This document shows, piece by piece, positions 38,991-48,738 of a stretch of 64,000 bases of DNA. Source of the DNA: an uncultured Clostridium sp. (lineage in GTDB: Bacteria > Bacillota > Clostridia > TANB77 > CAG-508); the NCBI GenBank assembly GCA_946500615.1, contig CAMMWP010000002.1, positions 29,968 to 93,967 of the forward strand, in the 5' to 3' direction. Made by a program: the position numbers and the translations under genes. Under the pieces are notes generated by a model. That model ran no database searches. It worked only from the letters and a program-made list of their open reading frames with translations, and was not told the origin of the DNA. Numbering within the stretch: position 1 is the first letter of the stretch; each line of letters starts with the position of its first letter.

Positions 38991-39212
38991 ATGAATAGAA
39001 AATTAGATAAATTAGGAAGAATTGTAATTCCAGTAGAAATAAGAAAAGAAATGGATTTAAAACCGGGAGATGAAGTAGAAATAATGCAAACAGGGAACAG
39101 TTTCAATATCTCTAAATATAAAAATACATTTTGTCCAGAGTGTTTAACAAGATGTGAATATACAGATAATTATTGCAGAAATTGTGGGTTAAATTTTGGA
39201 CATTTAGTTTAA
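38991..39212 (+). CDS. AbrB/MazE-family swapped-hairpin DNA-binding domain fused to a C4 zinc ribbon
   Basis: LDKLGRIVIPVEIRKEMDLKPGDEVEI followed by CPEC...CRNC. Confidence 0.6.
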   Translation: MNRKLDKLGRIVIPVEIRKEMDLKPGDEVEIMQTGNSFNISKYKNTFCPECLTRCEYTDNYCRNCGLNFGHLV

Positions 39213-39224
39213 AAGAGGTGCAAG

Positions 39225-39632
39225 ATGGTAGTAAAAGATTTGTCAAAAAGTTTTAATCCATGTCCAAAAAATAAAGTTATAGCAAAAGAGAGTAAAAAAG
39301 AAATTCTTAAAGAAATTAAGAAACAGAAAAAAGAATTAGAGTCTGATTTTTGTATTATGCCGAAAAGTACGAAATATAGCACGGTAAGAACTAAAAAATA
39401 TAGTGAAAGGCATGAGGTTTTCTTCTCTAAAGCTTACAGAATAAAAAGCATAAAAGATGGTTTAATAATATTTTTAACAGAAGAGGATCATCGAGGAACT
39501 AATGGAGTTCATGGAAAAAACGGAGACAAACTTAATAGATATTTAAAAAGAACAGCAGAAAAGGCATGGATTAGTTATTACAAAAAAACAAAAGAAGAGT
39601 TCCAACAAAGATATGGAAAAAATTATATTTAG
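39225..39632 (+). CDS. Hypothetical phage protein (possible HNH-like nuclease)
   Basis: ERHEVFF...TNGVHGKNGDKLNRY pattern. Weak. Confidence 0.3.
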   Translation: MVVKDLSKSFNPCPKNKVIAKESKKEILKEIKKQKKELESDFCIMPKSTKYSTVRTKKYSERHEVFFSKAYRIKSIKDGLIIFLTEEDHRGTNGVHGKNGDKLNRYLKRTAEKAWISYYKKTKEEFQQRYGKNYI

Positions 39633-39643
39633 GAGGAAGAAAA

Positions 39644-40009
39644 ATGAAAAGTGAAAATGGATTTAGTGACTTAGCTTTTGTGATAATTTTGGCAATAATA
39701 TTAATCACATTTATAGGATTCATCTTTTATTGTATAACAGTAGAATATCAAAATGAAGAAACAATAGAAATAACAGTTAAAGACAAGTACATAAAAAGAA
39801 GTGGAAAGACAGATTTATACTTAATAGCTAGTGAAGAGGGAGAAACATATAAAATATCAGATTTATTTTTTAAAAGCAAATTTAATAGTACAGACTTATA
39901 CAATCAATTAGAAATAGGAAAGAAATATAAAGTAGAAGTAACAGGCATTAGAAATCAATTTTTAAGTATGTATAAGAACATAAATAAAATAGAAGAAATA
40001 GAAAAATAA
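39644..40009 (+). CDS. Membrane-anchored hypothetical phage protein
   Basis: N-terminal TM. Confidence 0.4.
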   Translation: MKSENGFSDLAFVIILAIILITFIGFIFYCITVEYQNEETIEITVKDKYIKRSGKTDLYLIASEEGETYKISDLFFKSKFNSTDLYNQLEIGKKYKVEVTGIRNQFLSMYKNINKIEEIEK

Positions 40010-40025
40010 CAAAAGGAGAAAAACA

Positions 40026-40796
40026 ATGGAAAGTCCTAATTATTACGCAATTATACCTGCAAAAGTACGATATGACAAGGAATTAATGGCTAACGCAAAA
40101 TTGTTATACAGTGAAATAACGGCACTATGTAATGAGAAAGGAATATGCTGGGCAGGAAATGAATATTTTGCCAATTTATATGGCGTTAGTAAAGAGACAA
40201 TATCAAGATGGATTAGTCAGTTAAATAAAAAAGGATATATATACATCACATTTTTTTATAAAAAAGACTCTAAAGAAATAGACAAAAGAATAATTTCTTT
40301 AGTTAATATCGAAAATCAAGGGGGTATTGACGAAATCGTCAAGGGGTATTGTCAAAAAAATCAAGGGGGTATTGACGAAAACATCAAAGAGAATAATACA
40401 AGTATTAATAATAAAAAAGAAAAAGAAGAAGCATATAAAAAAATTATAGAATTTTATGAAAACAATATCACGTTAATCACACCATTTGTTTCAGAAGATA
40501 TTGATAAATTTTTAAAAGTAGATAACTTAGAAGAAGATCTAATAATCGAAGTAATGAAAGAGGCAGTTTCGAGAAATAAAAGAAATTGGAAATATATATC
40601 CACAATTCTAGTTAATTGTGTGGATAACAATATAAAAACAGCAAAACAATTTAGAATCAGTCAAGAAGAATTTAAGTCGAATAAAAATCAAAACAACAAG
40701 AAAGATGAAACAAAAGAAGAGGAAATAGAATACAAAGAATGCACAATGACAGAAGAAGAATACTTTAAAAAACTGAGAGGAGAAAAGGATGTATGA
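40026..40796 (+). CDS. Phage replisome organizer / DnaD-like replication initiator, with iterons inside the gene
   Basis: N-terminal phage_rep_org_N-like HTH (ANLYGVSKETISRWISQLNKKGYIYI). Internal DNA direct repeats at 40313-40380. Confidence 0.6.
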   Translation: MESPNYYAIIPAKVRYDKELMANAKLLYSEITALCNEKGICWAGNEYFANLYGVSKETISRWISQLNKKGYIYITFFYKKDSKEIDKRIISLVNIENQGGIDEIVKGYCQKNQGGIDENIKENNTSINNKKEKEEAYKKIIEFYENNITLITPFVSEDIDKFLKVDNLEEDLIIEVMKEAVSRNKRNWKYISTILVNCVDNNIKTAKQFRISQEEFKSNKNQNNKKDETKEEEIEYKECTMTEEEYFKKLRGEKDV

Positions 40797-42009
40797 TGAA
40801 GAAATTGAAAAAACAGTACTTTACTACATAATTTTCAAAAATGAAGAATTAGACATAGAAGAATCAGACTTTATAAACATGAAGAATAAATTAATAGCAA
40901 AAGCAATAGAAGAATTAAAACTAGAAAAGGAAGATATATCAATTTTAGCGGTACAAAATAAAATAAAAGGAAATCAAAAGCAAATTTTAGAGTACATATC
41001 AAATTTAGGAAATAACATCTATGGAATAACAGCAGAAGGTTGCTATAACAGATTAAAAGAATTTTCTAAAAAAAGAAAAGTATTCGAATTAGCACAAAAT
41101 ATTTTAGCAAATGTTACAGAAGAGGAAAATATAGATATATATATTCAAGATTGTATAGACAAATTAAATAATATCGAAAAGATAAATACAAAAGAGAAAA
41201 CATTTATAGAACAAATAGCAGAAACAACAAGCGAGATAGAAAAGAATTATAACAATAGAAATGATTATAGTCTATATACAGGAATTTTTGATTTAGATAA
41301 ATTAACATGTGGATTACATAATCAAGAATTAACAATTATTGGAGCAAGACCAGGAATGGGAAAAACGACATTAACATTACAGATAGCACAAAATATAGCA
41401 AAAGAAAAAAATGTTGTATTTGTGAGTTTAGAAATGTCCCAAACTCAGTTAATTCAAAAAATGATAGCAAAACAGAGCATAGTTAATAGTTACAAAATGC
41501 GACTAGGAACACTTGAAGAAGGAGATTGGGAAAAGATAGCAAAAGCAAGCGTACAATTATCTGAATTAAATTTGACAATAAATACAAGAGTTAGAACAAT
41601 ACAAGACATAGAAGTTATGGCTAAGAGATTAAAAAATAAAGATAAATTAGATTTATTGATAATAGATTATATTCAACTACTAAAAAGTCAAGGAAAATTT
41701 AATTTAAGAGAACAAGAGGTAGCAGAAATAAGTAGAAGACTAAAACTATTAAGCTTAGAAATAAATATTCCAATAATTGCACTTTGCCAATTAAACAGAA
41801 ATGCAAACATAGGAGAGCCAACATTAGCGGACTTAAGAGAAAGTGGAAGTTTAGAACAGGATGCAGATAATATAATTTTTATTTATAAAGAAAATGAAGA
41901 GGATAATATTACAACATTAAAACTAGCAAAACAGAGAGCAGGAGACATTGGAAAAGTAAAAGTTAAATTTAATAAACAACTAAGTACATTCGTGAATTTA
42001 GTGAGGTGA
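40789..42009 (+). CDS. DnaB-type replicative helicase
   Basis: GARPGMGKTTLTLQIA Walker A. DnaB C-terminal RecA-like domain (IIDYIQLL, SGSLEQDAD). Confidence 0.8.
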   Translation: MYDEEIEKTVLYYIIFKNEELDIEESDFINMKNKLIAKAIEELKLEKEDISILAVQNKIKGNQKQILEYISNLGNNIYGITAEGCYNRLKEFSKKRKVFELAQNILANVTEEENIDIYIQDCIDKLNNIEKINTKEKTFIEQIAETTSEIEKNYNNRNDYSLYTGIFDLDKLTCGLHNQELTIIGARPGMGKTTLTLQIAQNIAKEKNVVFVSLEMSQTQLIQKMIAKQSIVNSYKMRLGTLEEGDWEKIAKASVQLSELNLTINTRVRTIQDIEVMAKRLKNKDKLDLLIIDYIQLLKSQGKFNLREQEVAEISRRLKLLSLEINIPIIALCQLNRNANIGEPTLADLRESGSLEQDADNIIFIYKENEEDNITTLKLAKQRAGDIGKVKVKFNKQLSTFVNLVR

Positions 42010-42148
42010 AACATATGAAAAAAGTAATTAATGAAGAGGATATTAGAAAAGCAAATAATCTAGAAAGATGTAGATTATTACTAATGATTATAAAAGGACA
42101 AGCAGTATATACACAAGATATAAAAACACATTAAAGGAAGTGTTGAAG

Positions 42149-42424
42149 ATGATAGAAACAAGACAATTGAGTTTTGAAGATATAAAACCACAAAAAAGAA
42201 CTAAATATATGCAGATTTTAGAAATACTTGGAGAAAGAAAAATGACAGCTAGAGAGATAGAAAAAGAAATGAATAGAAGAGGATATTCAAAGTATTTTGA
42301 CATGAATCATGTAAGACCAAGATTAACAGAACTAGTAAAAGACTATGAAAAATTAGTTGAATGTGGTGTAAAAGAAGATAGCTTAACGAAGAAGAGGGTA
42401 GCAGTATACAAAAAGAAAGAGTGA
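42149..42424 (+). CDS. Hypothetical phage protein
   Basis: 91-94 aa ORF. Confidence 0.4.
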   Translation: MIETRQLSFEDIKPQKRTKYMQILEILGERKMTAREIEKEMNRRGYSKYFDMNHVRPRLTELVKDYEKLVECGVKEDSLTKKRVAVYKKKE

Positions 42425-42546
42425 TAGAAAATGAATAAATGTAATAATTGTGCAAAATTCTTAACATGTAACAGAAAAGAATGTGATCAAGTAACTTTTT
42501 TACAAGCAAAACAATTAGATAAATTAGAAGTAAAGGAGAAGAAAAA

Positions 42547-43197
42547 ATGAAAAATAAAATAATTAAAATAGTTAGTATGATAGCAATAATAATAACAATA
42601 ATAGGAGTAACAACTCCAACAATTTATGCAAGAGCTCATTCACGTGGTGCAAGAAGTAGTGGTTCGCATAGTAGTGTAAAGTCTAGTACACCAAAAAGTT
42701 CTACTAAAAGTAGTACAAGTAGCTCTGTAAAAGCTAGTACTCCAAAATCTAGTACAACAAAAAGTAGCACATCAGGAAAAAGCTATACAACAACTAAAAG
42801 TAGTTCTGGAAGGACAACAGTTAGTCACGATACAGTTAAACCAAAGACAGATTCAACTGGAAAATCAACAATAGTTAATAATAATCCAACATATTATACA
42901 ACATACAGTACAGACACAGGATTTTCTCTAACAAATAGTATATTTCAATTTTATATGTTGGATCAAATATTTTCTGACAAAGAAAAAGTAACAGAACAAG
43001 ATGTAGCAAAAGCATTAGAAGAAAGAGGATACAGTAAAGAAGAAGTAGATCAAATTCTAGACGAAGCAAGAACAGAAGAAAAAGCAAATAAACCATTTTA
43101 TGATGGTTGGAAATGGTATAATTGGCTACTATTTGTAGTTATTATATTAGCGATAATTGGAGGAGTAGTAGAATTAGCTATATGGTTAACATGGTGA
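42547..43197 (+). CDS. Secreted Ser/Thr-rich protein with a C-terminal TM anchor (first gene of the K+ channel operon)
   Basis: Signal peptide, long S/T/K low-complexity region, C-terminal WYNWLLFVVIILAIIGGVV TM. Stop overlaps the next start. Confidence 0.5.
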   Translation: MKNKIIKIVSMIAIIITIIGVTTPTIYARAHSRGARSSGSHSSVKSSTPKSSTKSSTSSSVKASTPKSSTTKSSTSGKSYTTTKSSSGRTTVSHDTVKPKTDSTGKSTIVNNNPTYYTTYSTDTGFSLTNSIFQFYMLDQIFSDKEKVTEQDVAKALEERGYSKEEVDQILDEARTEEKANKPFYDGWKWYNWLLFVVIILAIIGGVVELAIWLTW

Positions 43198-43901
43198 GAA
43201 AAAAGTTATTTAAGATAGTTGAAAAAGATACAACATATTACGAATGGTATGACATATTAATACTAATTTGCATATGGATTAGTATAATTCCGTTAACGTT
43301 TAAAGAACAAAATAATTTTACATATATTCTAACAATTTTAACAACAATAGTATTTGTGATTGATTATATGTTGAGATGGATAACGTCAGATTTTAGGTTA
43401 AAAAAAGGAATAGATAGCTTTATAAAATATCCATTTACGATTTCAGCAATATTTGATTTAGTAGTTATCTTATCATGTTTTAGTGAAATATTTAACAGTT
43501 CATATATTTTAAGAATATTTAGCATATTTAGAATATTAAGAATAGCAAAAACATTAAGATATTCTAGTAAATTTGAAATAATTAAGAACGTAGTCAACAA
43601 AAATAAAAAAATATTAGAGGTAGTATGTGGATTTACAGCAGGATTTATATTCATTTCAGCATTAATAATGTTTCAGTTTGAAAATCAAAGCTTTAAGAAT
43701 TTTTTTGAAGCAATATACTGGTCTACAACAGTATTAACAACAGTAGGATATGGAGACATATGTCCTAAGACAGAAATAGGAAGATTGATAAGTATAATAT
43801 CTAGTTTAGTAGGAATTGCATTTGTAGCACTTCCTACAGGAATTATAACAAGTGGATTTGTAGAAGAATTAAATAGAGAAAAGGAGAATGATGAAAAATG
43901 A
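43182..43901 (+). CDS. Voltage-gated-type (6TM) potassium channel
   Basis: S4-like helix LRIFSIFRILRIAKTLRYS with R/K at every third position. Pore helix plus selectivity filter TTVGYGD. S5/S6 present. Confidence 0.75.
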   Translation: MVNMVRKKLFKIVEKDTTYYEWYDILILICIWISIIPLTFKEQNNFTYILTILTTIVFVIDYMLRWITSDFRLKKGIDSFIKYPFTISAIFDLVVILSCFSEIFNSSYILRIFSIFRILRIAKTLRYSSKFEIIKNVVNKNKKILEVVCGFTAGFIFISALIMFQFENQSFKNFFEAIYWSTTVLTTVGYGDICPKTEIGRLISIISSLVGIAFVALPTGIITSGFVEELNREKENDEK

Positions 43902-44512
43902 AAAAAATAACAAAATTAAAAATAGTATTTGATAGGATATTTAATAAATTTGTAAAGGTAGACAATATTGAAAAAATAGAAGAGGGACTAAATAGACAAA
44001 AAGAAGCTTTAAAGAATTTAAATAACAGCTATTATAATGCACAAGGAGCATTAGAATCTTATAAAAATGAATTAAAGAAAAACCAAGAAAATGAAAAGAA
44101 GTTAAATAAATGTTTTGAGATTTGTAAAACAAAAAATGATAAAGAGGGAGCTAAGCAAATATTTGAAGAATTAAATACAACAAAACAAAGAATTATAGTT
44201 TTAAAAGAGCAAAGTCAAAAACAAGAATTAATAGTTCAAAGATTCAAAGAAGCAAAAGAAAGATATGAAAAAGAAATAAGAAACTTACAAAATAATTTAG
44301 AAACAATGAAATCTAAAAATAGATTTAGTAAAGCTGTAAAAGAATATGAAAGTCAATTTGGAGAATTTGAAGAATTTAATATAGATGATATACAAAAAGA
44401 TATAGACATAGAATTTAATGCAAGTAATGCACAACTTCAAGAACAAGAAAATAAAATTGATTTAGATCAACTAGAAAATGAATCAAATTTTGAAGAAATG
44501 TGGGGGAAATAA
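43898..44512 (+). CDS. Coiled-coil protein (PspA/IM30-like?) translationally coupled to the channel gene
   Basis: ATGA overlap with the channel stop. 204 aa all-helical K/E-rich. Confidence 0.4.
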   Translation: MKKITKLKIVFDRIFNKFVKVDNIEKIEEGLNRQKEALKNLNNSYYNAQGALESYKNELKKNQENEKKLNKCFEICKTKNDKEGAKQIFEELNTTKQRIIVLKEQSQKQELIVQRFKEAKERYEKEIRNLQNNLETMKSKNRFSKAVKEYESQFGEFEEFNIDDIQKDIDIEFNASNAQLQEQENKIDLDQLENESNFEEMWGK

Positions 44513-45045
44513 TGAGGGAATATATTACAAAGAAAGAATATGAAGAGATTATAAAAGAAAAAGAAAGATTCAAAAAATTGTTTCAAGTACTAAAAATAGA
44601 CTCCGAAGAGATTATCAAAGAAGAAAGAAAAAATAATAAAATTACATATTTTTGTATAGTAAGCAATAAAGAAAAAACATATATAATATTTTACAATTCT
44701 GATAGTGAAGACTTAATACAAGTCTTACTATCAGAAGAAATCAATATATATGACTATCTAGAAGAAAATTTAATAGAAGAGGTTAATGTAGAAAAGCCAC
44801 AAGATAACTTTAATTACAGAGGATTTAATTTTAAATATTTGGAAGAGCCATATTTCATAAATCAAATTTTTGAAGGAATAAAATTTGAAAGTACAGAACT
44901 TATAAAAGAAATAGATCAAGAAATAAAATTCTATAAAGATAAAATTACAGAGGAAAGACAAGAGATATTTGATTATACAAAAACAAATAATATTTTAAAT
45001 AAATATAAATTCGAAATTGAGGAGAAATTAAATGAAAAAGACTAA
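44500..45045 (+). CDS. Acidic hypothetical protein (operon member)
   Basis: Overlapping start with the previous gene. Confidence 0.4.
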   Translation: MGEIMREYITKKEYEEIIKEKERFKKLFQVLKIDSEEIIKEERKNNKITYFCIVSNKEKTYIIFYNSDSEDLIQVLLSEEINIYDYLEENLIEEVNVEKPQDNFNYRGFNFKYLEEPYFINQIFEGIKFESTELIKEIDQEIKFYKDKITEERQEIFDYTKTNNILNKYKFEIEEKLNEKD

Positions 45046-45247
45046 ATATTTTAATAAAGATATTTACGAAACAGAAAAGAAAATAAAAACAGCATTTATA
45101 ATACTAATCATATTTCTATTAGGTTTATACATAGGACTAGCAATAAATTATTTAGAGATACAAAACAAAGAGCAAAAAATACGAGAATATCAAGTAGAGA
45201 TAGATAGTTTAAAAGAAACAATATACTTGATAGAAAGGAAGAATTAA
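45032..45247 (+). CDS. Small single-TM protein (operon member)
   Basis: TM helix AFIILIIFLLGLYIGLAINYL. Confidence 0.4.
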   Translation: MKKTKYFNKDIYETEKKIKTAFIILIIFLLGLYIGLAINYLEIQNKEQKIREYQVEIDSLKETIYLIERKN

Positions 45248-45581
45248 TATTAAAGAATATGGAGTATATGATTTAAAAAATTATGAGCAATGTATATACA
45301 TAGGAACAATATCAGAAGTTTCAAAATTTTTAAATTATCGTAAAGATACTTTAAGGAGCTATCTATCAAGAAAAAAACATGACAGAAGTTTATTAATAGA
45401 TCATAGATACGAAATAGTAGAAGTAATAGAGGAAGAACAACAAGAAGAAAAAAGAAAAACAGATCAAGAAGTATTTGAAGAACTTATCAAAAGTTTTACA
45501 GGACAACGTAGTATAACAACACTAAAAGAAGAAATCTCAAAATTTAAAATATTTGATGAAGTTAAATGGATTGTAAAAGGA

Positions 45582-45896
45582 TTGGCAGACAAAGTAATAA
45601 TTGAAGAAGAATGGAAAAAGATACCACAATTCGACTATTCAATAAGCAATTATGGACGTATTAGAAATGATAAAAATGGAAAGCTAAAAAGCTTGAGATA
45701 CCATAGATGGATGATACAAGTTGATATATACAAAGACGGAAAGAGATATACAATAGATGTTCCTAGATTAGAAGCAATGTTATTTATAAGAAAAGTAGAA
45801 AGAAATGAAAGAGTAAGTTACATAGATGGAGACAGAAGAAATCTTTACTATAAGAATTTGAAGATAATAGAAAGAGGTGTAAAAAATGAATTGTAA
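45582..45896 (+). CDS. Compact HNH homing-endonuclease-like protein (NUMOD4 plus HNH_3 motifs)
   Basis: EWKKIPQFDYSISNYGRIRN (NUMOD4-like) and RYHRWM...VSYIDGDRRNLYYKNL (HNH_3-like). TTG start. The upstream in-frame open region has no start codon. Confidence 0.45.
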   Translation: MADKVIIEEEWKKIPQFDYSISNYGRIRNDKNGKLKSLRYHRWMIQVDIYKDGKRYTIDVPRLEAMLFIRKVERNERVSYIDGDRRNLYYKNLKIIERGVKNEL

Positions 45897-46049
45897 ACAT
45901 GCAAAAGTAATAAGAATAACAAACAATAAACAAGAATATTACTGCATAGCAAAACAGAAAGAAGTAACAGAAAGCGACTGTAGAGGTTGTATGTTATACA
46001 ATCCAGATTTGCCAGATGTAATAAAGAATATTTTTGGAGGTTTTAGAAG

Positions 46050-46409
46050 ATGAGTAATATAGAAGAAGATATAATGAGTGAAGAAGCATTTAATGAATTA
46101 ATAGATAATTTTGAGATAGTAAATACTTTGACCGAATATGGTAGAAAAGCAATAAAACAAAATGTGAAGAAATTACAAAAGAGAATCAAAGAATTAGAAG
46201 AAATAAATACAGCTAACAGAAAAGTAATAGTAGAACAATGTGATTATATACAAAATAAGAGTATACCAGTTCAAAAAGTAAAAGATAAGATAGAAGAATT
46301 AAAAAAACACTATAATACAGACAATAATATAAGGATTTATACATTAAAAGACAGTTATGAATTACAAGCAACTGTTTTAGAAGAATTATTAGAGGAGGAC
46401 AAGCAATGA
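46050..46409 (+). CDS. Hypothetical phage protein
   Basis: RBS ggaggtt. Confidence 0.4.
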   Translation: MSNIEEDIMSEEAFNELIDNFEIVNTLTEYGRKAIKQNVKKLQKRIKELEEINTANRKVIVEQCDYIQNKSIPVQKVKDKIEELKKHYNTDNNIRIYTLKDSYELQATVLEELLEEDKQ

Positions 46410-46588
46410 CAAAAGAACAAGAAGTAATAACATATATAAAAAAACGAATTAAAATATGCAACGAAAATGCAGACATATGTGACGACAATGATTTTGATGA
46501 AGAAGCTACATATTTAAGAGAAGAAAGTTATATGTTAGAAACAGTCTTATCTATGCTAAAACAAAAAGATAAAGAGATAGAGGAGTGA
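46406..46588 (+). CDS. Hypothetical phage protein
   Basis: Coupled start. Confidence 0.35.
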   Translation: MTKEQEVITYIKKRIKICNENADICDDNDFDEEATYLREESYMLETVLSMLKQKDKEIEE

Positions 46589-46593
46589 TTTAA

Positions 46594-46851
46594 TTGGGAA
46601 AATACACAGATAAGAAAGTAAATAATACACCTAAAGCAAAAAAGATAAAAAAATATCTAGAAAATTTAGGACATACAAATGTAGAAGTTTGGTATGAAAC
46701 CATAAAAAAAGGTTGTGAAATGAGTGGCTATGAAGGTGGATGGGCATTTTGTAGTGGAATCGAAGATGAAGAATATTTTGATCCTTGTTTAGGTTACAAC
46801 ATTGAAGAAGCATTAGAAAACATAGAACAATATAATTTAAAGGAGGAATAA
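46594..46851 (+). CDS. Hypothetical phage protein
   Basis: RBS ggagtg. Confidence 0.35.
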   Translation: MGKYTDKKVNNTPKAKKIKKYLENLGHTNVEVWYETIKKGCEMSGYEGGWAFCSGIEDEEYFDPCLGYNIEEALENIEQYNLKEE

Positions 46852-46955
46852 ATTATGTTATCAGAAGATAAAAAAAAGACATAGAACAAGCAGTAAGTAA
46901 TGTATTAAGTGGAATAGATATTGAAAGTTCATCATTAATATTAGAAAAAGCAATT

Positions 46956-47420
46956 ATGGATAATTATATTATATCAAGAGGAAGAGTAAATATATTGAAA
47001 ATTGCAACACGACAAATATTAAATTTTATTGAAGAATATAAAAATAAAGGATATTTAGATGTTGTAAGAGAAAAGGTAAAAGCAAATGAAGAGATAACTA
47101 AACTACAAAAAGAAATAGAACATCAAAAAGAAAAAAGAGAAAATCAAAAAGCAGAATTAACAATATTAAATGAAAAGCAAAAAGAAATGAATAAATTAAC
47201 AAATACAGTTAGTTCATATAAAGGAATGTTTAAGAAAGAACAAAAAGACAATAAAAAGAAAGATAAGATAATAGATTTAATGGCAGAATTTATAAAAAAT
47301 AGTGTATCAGAAAAGAAACTCATAAATGAAATATGTATAAAAGGTAAATGTAACAATGAAGAATGTCACGAAGATGATTGGAAAGAGTGCATAAAACAAT
47401 ATTTTGAAAATGAGGTGTAA
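46956..47420 (+). CDS. Hypothetical coiled-coil phage protein
   Basis: 154 aa. Confidence 0.35.
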   Translation: MDNYIISRGRVNILKIATRQILNFIEEYKNKGYLDVVREKVKANEEITKLQKEIEHQKEKRENQKAELTILNEKQKEMNKLTNTVSSYKGMFKKEQKDNKKKDKIIDLMAEFIKNSVSEKKLINEICIKGKCNNEECHEDDWKECIKQYFENEV

Positions 47421-47752
47421 GAATGTTTGAAATAGGAGATTATGTAAGAACTAAAAAAGGAAAGATTGAAAAAGTTATAAATAATAATTATCATATGTCA
47501 CAATACATAGAATGCGAAAAAGGCATAGTAGATAAAGAAAATATAGTAAAACACAGCAAAAACATAATAGATCTAATAGAAGTTCGGAGATATAGTAAAT
47601 AATGGATACATTTATGAAATAGGAAATACAGAAGATGGACATAAATGGGTACATAACTTAAATGGACTTTTATTGTTTGAAAATGACATAGAAACAATAT
47701 TAACTAAAGAACAATATATGCAAAACTGTTATACAGTAGAAAGGAAATAAGA

Positions 47753-47965
47753 ATGTTAAAAATAAAAGATAGTGTAGATTTAAAGGAATTAGAAAAATTT
47801 GGATTTAAAAAGGATAAAAATATATATTTTTTCAAAAATATTTGCAATGCGACTGTTTTAATGGCTTTTGATAATAGAAAAATATCTAATCCAAAAGATG
47901 ATCAAGGAAATGAAGTTTTATATGACTTAATCCAAGCAGGATTAGTCGAGAAAGTAGAGAAATAA
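47753..47965 (+). CDS. Hypothetical phage protein
   Basis: RBS aggaaataagaATG. Confidence 0.4.
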   Translation: MLKIKDSVDLKELEKFGFKKDKNIYFFKNICNATVLMAFDNRKISNPKDDQGNEVLYDLIQAGLVEKVEK

Positions 47966-47967
47966 AG

Positions 47968-48354
47968 ATGAGAGATATAAAATTTAGAGGAAAAATAAAA
48001 AATTCAAAAGTGAATAAATGGGTATATGGTTATTTAGTAGATGAATGTCATATAAATGAAAAAAATCAATTAGGATATACTCCAATCAGAAAAGAAACAA
48101 TAGGACAATACGCAGGACTAAAAGATAAAAACGGAAAAGAAATTTATGAAGAAGATATAATTAAAATTAAACATAAATTTGATAATACAGAATATATTTG
48201 TGAAATTATATATATAGATGGAGCCTTTAGAACTAAAAAATTTATATTTGGTAGTTACTATGATTGCTTATATTACTGGTATGCTAATGATTGTGAAATA
48301 GAAGTAATAGGCAACATATATGACAACCCAGAATTGTTAGAGGAAGGAGAATAA
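47968..48354 (+). CDS. YopX-family phage protein
   Basis: IKFRGK...[14 protein letters not shown]...[12 protein letters not shown]. Confidence 0.65.
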   Translation: MRDIKFRGKIKNSKVNKWVYGYLVDECHINEKNQLGYTPIRKETIGQYAGLKDKNGKEIYEEDIIKIKHKFDNTEYICEIIYIDGAFRTKKFIFGSYYDCLYYWYANDCEIEVIGNIYDNPELLEEGE

Positions 48355-48356
48355 AG

Positions 48357-48545
48357 ATGAGTATATTAATTGATAAAGTAAAAACTTATGAAAATAATAA
48401 ATGTAAAATTAAAGGAAAATGGTATATAGCAAAACCTTTAAATAAATTATCTTTAAAAAATAAATTAAAAGATTGTATAAAAATTCTAAGAAATAAAGCA
48501 ATAGCAGTACATTTTAAAGAAGATGAGGTAGAGGAAGGAGAATAA
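48357..48545 (+). CDS. Hypothetical phage protein (ends ...EEGE)
   Basis: Coupled start. Confidence 0.35.
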   Translation: MSILIDKVKTYENNKCKIKGKWYIAKPLNKLSLKNKLKDCIKILRNKAIAVHFKEDEVEEGE

Positions 48546-48546
48546 C

Positions 48547-48738
48547 ATGGAGGAAGAAAGAAAAATTATAGAAGTTTACGTTAAAGAAAATAAAGAAGAA
48601 GGAATAGTTTCATTTACATTTAAGAAAACAGAAAATTCTGAAATAGCAAATTCTACCTTGAAAGGGCTTGCAATGATATTTGCAGCACAAAAAGAAGCAG
48701 AAGATGAATTAGAAGTAGAAACACAGGAAGGAGAATAA
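48547..48738 (+). CDS. Hypothetical phage protein (ends ...QEGE)
   Basis: Coupled start. Confidence 0.35.
   Translation: MEEERKIIEVYVKENKEEGIVSFTFKKTENSEIANSTLKGLAMIFAAQKEAEDELEVETQEGE

Noticed and set aside
45234-45581. A 116-codon open frame (with an HTH-like ...TISEVSKFLNYRKDTLRSYLSR) in frame with, and upstream of, the HNH-like gene but with no ATG/GTG/TTG
   Set aside because: No usable start codon. It may be a decayed gene or use a rare initiator. Not reported as a CDS.
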